DNA of 64,000 nt from Deltaproteobacteria bacterium (GTDB taxonomy: Bacteria > Myxococcota_A > UBA796 > SXON01). Within the stretch, counting starts at the first letter, position 1. The number at the start of each line of letters is the position of its first letter. A program made the translations under genes and the position numbers. The notes under the pieces were generated by a model, which ran no database searches, was not told the DNA's origin, and saw only the letters and a program-made list of their open reading frames with translations. The stretch is from assembly GCA_947484175.1 (NCBI GenBank), contig CANKOI010000008.1, positions 2,637 through 66,636 of the forward strand, given 5' to 3'. Positions 8,643 through 15,264 of the stretch are shown here, piece after piece.

Positions 8643-9693
8643 CACGGCTGCCCGACAGCCGGCGGGTGTGGCGCAGCGGGTCCTCCGGATCGTCGGCCAT
8701 GGAGCGGAGCTGGGCGGTACGGGCGAGCTCGACGCGTACCCGGAACTGGTCCACCTCGGCATTGAGCGCCCGGAGCGCGGCGGAGCGCGGCGCCGCGACG
8801 GTCAGTGTGAGGTCGACAGCCACCTCGGTGCCCTCGGCCTGCCGAACGCGGAGGGTCCCCACGCTGCGGACGCCCCGGCCGGCAGCAAGCGGCGCTCGAT
8901 AGCGGACACGGAAGCCGATCCCGCCACCCTCACCAACCGCGACCGCCACCCGCCCAGCCGCCAGAGTGAGTGGCTCCACTCGCGGCGCCACCCGCCACGC
9001 CTCGTGGACCTCCAGCACATCGGAGTCGAGGGCGAGAGTCAACTCGACCTCCTCGGCCGCGTCGCCCCGCAGCACGCCCAAGATTCGCTCCGGCAACCCC
9101 GAGGGTTCGACACCCACGGCGGATGTCCCCCCGCCGGCATCTGCGAGCGACCGAAGAAAGCTCCCGTCGTAGCTCGCGGCGCTCCCAATGCCGATCACAC
9201 TGGTGCGAACCCCGCTGGCGCCGAGGGAGCGCGCTTGAGAGAGGATCGGATCGACAGCGGCAAGGCGCCCGTCCACATCCGTCGGGTCGCCGTCGGTGAG
9301 CACCACGACGTAGCGCGGACCCGACCGGTCGGTCATCCACTTCGCGCACGCGCTGAGGGCGAGGTCGAGCCGAGTCTTGCCGCTCGCGCCGACCCCGGCC
9401 AGCACCGCGCCGACGTCAGCGCCACCTGGGGTGTCGAGCACCTCCGTGACCGCGCTGCCGAAGGAATACACGACGAGCCGATCGGCGGGAAGACAGGCAG
9501 AAACGAGCCCCGCAACGGCCTCTCGGGCGTACGCGAGGCGACGGCCCAACATCGACGTACTCGTGTCCATCAGGATGGCGAACGAGGCGGGTTGGTCGGT
9601 GCGCGGGAAGCCGCGGAGCGTGGCCACCAGCCAGTGCTCGCTGTCGCCAGAGGTGGCGTTGCGGTCCCACCCGAGCTCGATGCGGAGGCTCAC
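8635..9693 (-). CDS. von Willebrand factor A (vWA) domain protein with C-terminal beta-rich extension
   Basis: The GTG at 9693 forms a GTGA overlap with the upstream AAA+ stop. MIDAS-type DxSxS is present (ILMDTSTSM), followed by GKTRLDLAL and VVVLTDGDPTD blocks. Confidence 0.88.
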   Translation of the reverse strand: MSLRIELGWDRNATSGDSEHWLVATLRGFPRTDQPASFAILMDTSTSMLGRRLAYAREAVAGLVSACLPADRLVVYSFGSAVTEVLDTPGGADVGAVLAGVGASGKTRLDLALSACAKWMTDRSGPRYVVVLTDGDPTDVDGRLAAVDPILSQARSLGASGVRTSVIGIGSAASYDGSFLRSLADAGGGTSAVGVEPSGLPERILGVLRGDAAEEVELTLALDSDVLEVHEAWRVAPRVEPLTLAAGRVAVAVGEGGGIGFRVRYRAPLAAGRGVRSVGTLRVRQAEGTEVAVDLTLTVAAPRSAALRALNAEVDQFRVRVELARTAQLRSMADDPEDPLRHTRRLSGSRDA

Positions 9694-11573
9694 AGAACCG
9701 GCCCCACGATCACCTCGCCCTCGCGAGCCCGAACCACGATCGCACGCCCCGGAGTGGCGAGGACCGCGCGATTGACGGGAGCGAGGATCCGGCTCTGAAC
9801 GAAGTTCCGGATGCCGCGCCCACCCAACGCGATCACGGCGGGATGCTGGCATTCCTTGCGGCCAAACTCCAGGAGGGAGGGCTCAAAGCTCACCTCCACG
9901 CCATACTTCTCGCGCGCGGAATCCCGAATGCCGCCCAAGAACTTCGCGAGGATGCCATCGATGTGGGCGTCGCGCAGGCGGTCGAAGGCCACCACGCGCT
10001 CCTCGCCGATGCGCCCCAGCAGCTCCGGGCGGCCGATGCGGAGGAAGTGCTCCCGCACAGCGGAGCGGTAGTGGTCGGCCAGCGCGGCGCCGTCGAGGGC
10101 GGGATCCACGGAAGAGACCACGCGGTCGGTGCCATCGGGCAAGCGTTCCAAACGAGTGGAGCCGATGTTGCTCGTGAAGATCAGAAAGGCCTGACCAAAG
10201 TACACGGTGTCGCCGAGGCCATCGGTGAGCCGGCCGTCGTCGAGAATCTGGAGGAACCGATCGAGGATCCGCGGATGCGCCTTCTCGATCTCATCGAACA
10301 GCAGCAGGCTGAACGGGCGCTCCTTCATCCGATTGGTGAGCTGCCCCCCGGCTTCGTACCCGATGTAGCTGGGCGGGGCGCCGGTCAGCCGCTCGGCGGC
10401 GTGCTCTTGGGCGTACTCGCTCATGTCGAACCGCGCGAACGCGGTCGGGTCGTGAAACACCAACTCCGTGACGGCCTTGGCGAGCTCCGTCTTGCCCACC
10501 CCCGTAGGACCCACGAAGAACAGCACCCCCTTGGGCCGTGGCGAAGGGCGGGCGCCGTCGAGCCCGATCCCGCCGCGAGCCATCGTGAGCACGTCGAGCA
10601 CGGCGTCGACAGCAGCCTCCTGCCCCATCACCTGTCGGGTGAGTCGTTCGCGGGCGTGCCCGAGCACCTCGATGTTCAGCCGCTCCCAGGGGTCCTCGCG
10701 GGTGCCGTGGCGGAAAACGTCGAGCAACTTGCGGGTGTCGCCGATGGCGATCCGCTCGTGGTGCGAGGCGAGGCGCAGCGCTTCGAGGTCCCAGAAGGAC
10801 ATGCCGTCGGTAAGGGCGCCGAAGCCATCGACAACGTCGCCGGAAGGCTCCTCGGCAAGCGCGCCGAAGAACCCTCGCCACTGGCGGCTCAAAAACGCCT
10901 CACGGTCGGGCCGGTCGGGGCGCGCGACGCCCACCACCTGCACCAACGGGTGCTCGCGGTACAGCCAGGTCGGAATCTGGCCGAGCACGGGCGCCACCAA
11001 GACGAGCGCGTTCCGCATCCCTGCGCGCGGACCAGCGGTGTGCCGAGCGGTTTCGTCCATGGCCAACTGCATCGTGACCAGCAGCCCCCGCTCGTCGGGC
11101 GGCTGTTGTTCGGAGAACACTCGGTCGGCGAGATCCACCACCATCGAGCTCGCAGCGTCCGAGGCTGCCAGCACGCGACGGGCAGACGAGAGCGCGAGGT
11201 GGGGGGCGACATGCAGGGCCGGCTGGGGAGCCATCGCGTCGGGGGGGGCGGGCACGGCGGCCTCCGCGGCCCCAGAACGCCGCGGAAGCTGGTACGCACG
11301 TCCGCGGGGCGCGGCGGCCAAGGCGGGGTCTCGCTCCAACTCCTCCCAACGACTGCGCATGGCGGGGTCGGTAAACGTGATCCCGTCGGCCTGATTCCAA
11401 CGCGCGCGCACCTCGTACCCGGCGCTCTCGAGCGCGGCGTCCAGCGCGTCGGCGAAGGCCAGAGGAACGCCCTCGAACATGGCAAGGTCGCGCACGTTGC
11501 CGTGAAGCACCACGTGGCGCCCGCGACGAAGGTGAGACACCACGTCGCGGATCCACCGGGCGGTCGTGGTCAC
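9690..11573 (-). CDS. AAA+ ATPase: degenerate N-terminal AAA-like domain plus ClpA/ClpB D2-type unfoldase module
   Basis: The GTG at 11573 forms a GTGA overlap with the kinase stop. Walker A is GPTGVGKT. The pore-loop region is PPSYIGYEAGGQLT. Walker B is LLLFDEIEKAHP. A ClpB_D2-small-like tail is present. The N-terminal half has HVVLHGNVRD where a P-loop would sit. Confidence 0.88.
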   Translation of the reverse strand: MTTTARWIRDVVSHLRRGRHVVLHGNVRDLAMFEGVPLAFADALDAALESAGYEVRARWNQADGITFTDPAMRSRWEELERDPALAAAPRGRAYQLPRRSGAAEAAVPAPPDAMAPQPALHVAPHLALSSARRVLAASDAASSMVVDLADRVFSEQQPPDERGLLVTMQLAMDETARHTAGPRAGMRNALVLVAPVLGQIPTWLYREHPLVQVVGVARPDRPDREAFLSRQWRGFFGALAEEPSGDVVDGFGALTDGMSFWDLEALRLASHHERIAIGDTRKLLDVFRHGTREDPWERLNIEVLGHARERLTRQVMGQEAAVDAVLDVLTMARGGIGLDGARPSPRPKGVLFFVGPTGVGKTELAKAVTELVFHDPTAFARFDMSEYAQEHAAERLTGAPPSYIGYEAGGQLTNRMKERPFSLLLFDEIEKAHPRILDRFLQILDDGRLTDGLGDTVYFGQAFLIFTSNIGSTRLERLPDGTDRVVSSVDPALDGAALADHYRSAVREHFLRIGRPELLGRIGEERVVAFDRLRDAHIDGILAKFLGGIRDSAREKYGVEVSFEPSLLEFGRKECQHPAVIALGGRGIRNFVQSRILAPVNRAVLATPGRAIVVRAREGEVIVGPVL

Positions 11574-13399
11574 GTGCGCACAGGGCCCGGAACCGGGCTC
11601 ACGAGGTTCATCGTCAGACGACTGCCGGCCTTTGGATCCGGAGCGTCGGACAGCCACGCTTCGTTCACATCCTTCAGCATCTCCACGGCGGCCTTGCCGA
11701 AGGCCTGGAGCAGCACCCCTCCCACGGTGGGAGGGGCTCGTCGTTGCGGAACGCCCGACCGGCGGTCGAGGAGCGGGTTCGGCCGCGACGACGTCGGAGG
11801 GGCCTTGGCCGCCGCTGCAAGCTGCTGCCGATACGCCTTGATCCCGTCGTATTCGAAGATTTTCGGCCAGCGGAGATCATCCACCGGAAACCGCCGCTGC
11901 GCGGCGCCGAGGAAGCTCCCGGCGAGATCGCCCGCGGCAAGAGCGGTGGTGTTCGGGTCGAGGGTGGCGGGGGCAGGTAGGCCCGTGAGCGCGGTCCACT
12001 CACGAATCGTGATCGGACTCGTGCTGTGCCACACACCAACCAGCCCTCCCACGTTCGCCCCGCCGCTGCGGAGTGCCGCGAAGACCTGCGTTGTTCCCTT
12101 GTGAAGCTGAGAGATGGATCGGTAGACGAGCAGGTGGTGAACCCCGCCGCCGAGGTCGAGGACGCGGGTGGCGCCCGGTTCGGGCGGGTAGAGGCGCGCG
12201 AGGAGCGCATCGCGCACCCGCGCGAGCCCAGCCTCGTCAGGAGCGTCGAGGTCGTCCAGCAGCTCTGCCCACGCTGGAGCGGACCAGCGCGGCCCCCCGA
12301 GCCCCTCCACCCACTTGTGAACGCGGCCCATCACGGCGCGCGCCTCATCCGTGGCGACATCCAACTCGGGCGCCAGCTGCCCCGCCCGGCGAATCAGATC
12401 CCGCTCGGTCAGCCCCTGTTCTCGAGCGGGCGCCTCGGCGGCACGCATGAACGCCCGCCACGGCTCGGCATCTCCCCAGCGCTCGCCGTGCACCCAGACG
12501 TGGCGGCGAAGAGCGGGGTCGAGGGGGGTGGGGGTGCTCGCGGGGATCGGCGCCAGCGATGGGGGCGCGGATGCTTCCACGTCAGGCGCCACGCGCACAG
12601 CTTCGGGCTGAGCCGGAGCCTCGACCGACGCTGGTTCCCTCGACTGGACCGCCGCCACCACCCGAGCGAGCGGCCAGCGCTGATCGGGCTCCTTTTTCGT
12701 GCAGCCCCGGATCAGCTCCACGAACGCCGGGGGCATGTCCGGCGGAAACTCAATCTCGGCAGACAGGTGCTTGCTCATCAGCTCGTTGGGGTTGCCGTCG
12801 AAGGGAATTCGCCCCGTGAGGAACTCGTAGACCGCGCAGCCGAGCGCGTACACGTCGACTCCGGGGCCCATCTTGCCGGAGAATACCTCGGGGGCCGCGT
12901 AGGCCAAGCTCGTGGTGGAAGTGGAGCGGGGAGTGCCAGCGAGCGCGCTGGCGGTGCCCACATCGCCCAGCTTCGCGGCTCCACGAACGAACAGGATGTT
13001 CGCGGGCTTCACGTCGCGATGCACCCAGCCCTCCGCATGGAGGTGAGCAAGCGCTGACGCGACGGCCCGAACGATCTCGCTCACTTCGTCAACGGGGAGG
13101 CCGTCCGGCCACAACTTCAGCCGGCCGGCGCCATCCCCGCCGTCGGCAAGCTCAGTGACCAGGCAGACCTCTTCGTCGTCTTCAACGACGGCCCTGTACG
13201 CGAGGACGGATGGGTGCGAGATTCGGGCAAGCAGGGCGATCTCGCGCCGATCGACCTCGGCGGTGAACACCTTGACCGCTACCGTCGCCACGGGCTCACC
13301 CGCGAGCAGCTCCTCGGCCTCCCACACAACACCGGAGCTCCCGCGGCCAAGACGCTTCTTCAAACGGTAGCGGCCGGCGATCACGCGCCCTTTCGACAT
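11570..13399 (-). CDS. Ser/Thr protein kinase with about 340-aa unassigned C-terminal region
   Basis: Hanks kinase motifs are present: GRGSSGVVW, VAVK, HRDVKPANIL, DVGTA, APE. The C-terminal region after about aa 265 matches no family I recognise. Confidence 0.93.
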   Translation of the reverse strand: MSKGRVIAGRYRLKKRLGRGSSGVVWEAEELLAGEPVATVAVKVFTAEVDRREIALLARISHPSVLAYRAVVEDDEEVCLVTELADGGDGAGRLKLWPDGLPVDEVSEIVRAVASALAHLHAEGWVHRDVKPANILFVRGAAKLGDVGTASALAGTPRSTSTTSLAYAAPEVFSGKMGPGVDVYALGCAVYEFLTGRIPFDGNPNELMSKHLSAEIEFPPDMPPAFVELIRGCTKKEPDQRWPLARVVAAVQSREPASVEAPAQPEAVRVAPDVEASAPPSLAPIPASTPTPLDPALRRHVWVHGERWGDAEPWRAFMRAAEAPAREQGLTERDLIRRAGQLAPELDVATDEARAVMGRVHKWVEGLGGPRWSAPAWAELLDDLDAPDEAGLARVRDALLARLYPPEPGATRVLDLGGGVHHLLVYRSISQLHKGTTQVFAALRSGGANVGGLVGVWHSTSPITIREWTALTGLPAPATLDPNTTALAAGDLAGSFLGAAQRRFPVDDLRWPKIFEYDGIKAYRQQLAAAAKAPPTSSRPNPLLDRRSGVPQRRAPPTVGGVLLQAFGKAAVEMLKDVNEAWLSDAPDPKAGSRLTMNLVSPVPGPVRT

Positions 13400-13405
13400 C
13401 GGTTC

Positions 13406-14506
13406 CTACCCGCGCCTTCGCGTCGAGGACGGGCCGCCCGACGGCAATGCATTCGCGTTCTGCCCCTCTCGCGCCGGGTTCTTCGTCTCCCAAAAAAGCT
13501 CGCCGGTCGCGACCCCGAACCGCTCGGCGAGGTCGGTGTGCAGCGCCACCAGCCGAAGCTCGGTCTCGTCGCAGCGGGTGTATGCGGCACCATCGGCGCC
13601 GCGCTCCGTGACCCGCTCGGCACCATCGACGTCGTAGAACACATGCCCTTCCACAGGTACGCTCACATCGACCCAGCGGCGGTCTGCCCGCACGGCACGG
13701 AAGGCTACCTCGCTGTCGAACCCGCCACCGACCAGCGAGGCCTCCCCGACCTGGAAACCCTGCTCCCGCAGGCCCTCTCGGAGCGCGGCCACGATGTGTG
13801 CGCGTCGCTCCTCGGCCAGTTGCCGGTCCTGCGCGGTGAGCAACGCGGCGTCGAGCCGGGCGTTGAGCGCACACGCAGCCTCGTCAGGTTCATTTGCAGC
13901 TGCCAAAGCTGACAACGCATCGGTAACGGCGCGAACCTCGTCCCCACACCAAGCCATCGTCACTTCGTCGGCCTCAAAACCGGCGAGTCTGGCCTGCAGT
14001 TCGGCCGTCACGGCAGCGACGATCCCCTGACGGGACGGCTCATCCGACTGCGCGACCGCGGCCAATCTTGCCGCCTCCGCGGCGATTTCTCGGCGGATGG
14101 TATCCGTTTCTGCCGCGATGGCCGCCTCTTGGCTCGCGATGCGGCCTCCGATCGCCGCAACGCCCGCGGCGAGGGCGCGGATCTTGCTGACCGCCGCGCC
14201 CAACGACGCGGGGTCGCGGCGAGGGAAAGCTACGATGTTGTCGATCTGGGCTTCGAGGTGGGGAATGCCGCCGGGTACGGAAAGGTCCGGGGCCGCGGCC
14301 CGCAGCGCTCTCACCGCCGAGCGTAAGCTCTCCGACTCGCCGGCGAGGCTCGCCCGGAGCTGCTCCGCGAGCGCGATGCGGGCGCGCTCCGACGCCGCCT
14401 CGCGCCGACGGCACTCCTCCTCCGCCTTGCCAGCCCGCGCCTCGGCAAGCCGCCGCTCTTCCGGCTCCAGGAGCCGGATTTCCGCTGCTTTCGGAGACCC
14501 GCTCAT
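13406..14506 (-). CDS. Coiled-coil hypothetical protein with C-terminal globular domain
   Basis: 366 aa. The N-terminal two-thirds is Ala/Glu/Arg-rich and heptad-like. The ATG at 14506 forms an ATGA overlap with the radical-SAM stop. The gene ends 6 nt before the kinase start. Confidence 0.7.
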   Translation of the reverse strand: MSGSPKAAEIRLLEPEERRLAEARAGKAEEECRRREAASERARIALAEQLRASLAGESESLRSAVRALRAAAPDLSVPGGIPHLEAQIDNIVAFPRRDPASLGAAVSKIRALAAGVAAIGGRIASQEAAIAAETDTIRREIAAEAARLAAVAQSDEPSRQGIVAAVTAELQARLAGFEADEVTMAWCGDEVRAVTDALSALAAANEPDEAACALNARLDAALLTAQDRQLAEERRAHIVAALREGLREQGFQVGEASLVGGGFDSEVAFRAVRADRRWVDVSVPVEGHVFYDVDGAERVTERGADGAAYTRCDETELRLVALHTDLAERFGVATGELFWETKNPAREGQNANALPSGGPSSTRRRG

Positions 14507-15138
14507 GCCCAGACACCCTCATGGCCCGTCAGCAGCATCCCACGGCTCGCACCAGCCCGGCGAAGCCGGGCGGAGAAGTCCGAGCTCGGCACGCCCGCCC
14601 AGAACACGTTGCTCTCTCGGTCTAGGCGCAACTCCACCCCGACTCCCGGAGAGTCCAGCGTCGCCGCGAGGTGGGCGTACCGTGGAGTGAGGAGGTGGAC
14701 ACGCTGATTCGCGGAGCCGCGCCACAGGAGATCGGCCTGCTGCTCCAAAACGAAAGGGCCATCGACCAGAATGTCCGTGGCGGCGAGGAGGGCCGCGACA
14801 CCCGGGTCTGGCGACGCTCGCAATTCCCCGAGGGTGAAACCGGTGTAGACCATCACCGACACGCCTGCGCTCTGAAGGCGGTCAGCCACCGCGGCCAGCG
14901 CGTCGGCCTGCTCGAAGGGCTCACCCCCCGAGAACGTGGCTCCCTCCTCGCCCGGGGCCTCGAGGATTCGCTGGGCGGCCGCGTCGGGGTCGAGCACGAG
15001 CGATGGCCCTTCGCCGAGAATGGGGGTGGCAATGCAACCGGGACACCGCCGGGCACAGCCGCGCACCCACAGGACCGTCCGGCGCCCAGGACCCAAGGTG
15101 GTGCATCCGTGCAAAACGTGGGCGAGGCGCACCTGCAT
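14503..15138 (-). CDS. Small radical-SAM activating enzyme (NrdG/PflA-activase-like, 4Fe-4S single-cluster type)
   Basis: The 211-aa product starts at the internal ATG 15138 (MQVRLAHVLHGCTTLGPG). Cluster motif: WVRGCARRCPGC (CX3CX2C). SAM-binding motif: FSGGEP. Size and layout match the NrdG-type activases. Confidence 0.8.
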   Translation of the reverse strand: MQVRLAHVLHGCTTLGPGRRTVLWVRGCARRCPGCIATPILGEGPSLVLDPDAAAQRILEAPGEEGATFSGGEPFEQADALAAVADRLQSAGVSVMVYTGFTLGELRASPDPGVAALLAATDILVDGPFVLEQQADLLWRGSANQRVHLLTPRYAHLAATLDSPGVGVELRLDRESNVFWAGVPSSDFSARLRRAGASRGMLLTGHEGVWA

Positions 15139-15243
15139 CAGGGTTGGCCGCTGCGTGGCATGGATGAACCACAGCCCTAACGTGAACACCGAGCGGGCGG
15201 TCCGCCGCACGCCGCCGCGCCTTGTCCGTCGACATTCATCGGC

Positions 15244-15255
15244 ATATCGCGATAT
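15244..15255. promoter_or_regulatory. Perfect 12-bp AT-rich palindrome ATATCGCGATAT in the metH / radical-SAM divergent intergenic region
   Basis: Read directly from the sequence, 9 nt upstream of the metH ATG (15265). It is the most AT-rich element in the 126-bp divergent region. Any operator or -10 role is inferred. Confidence 0.35.
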
Positions 15256-15264
15256 ACCGAACGC

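Noticed and set aside
8235-13399. Kinase, FHA, vWA and Clp-like ATPase as part of a type VI secretion locus (PpkA/Fha1/ClpV).
   Set aside because: No TssB/C, Hcp, VgrG, TssM or other T6SS structural genes lie anywhere in the 64 kb. The ATPase lacks the ClpV N-domain and a functional D1.
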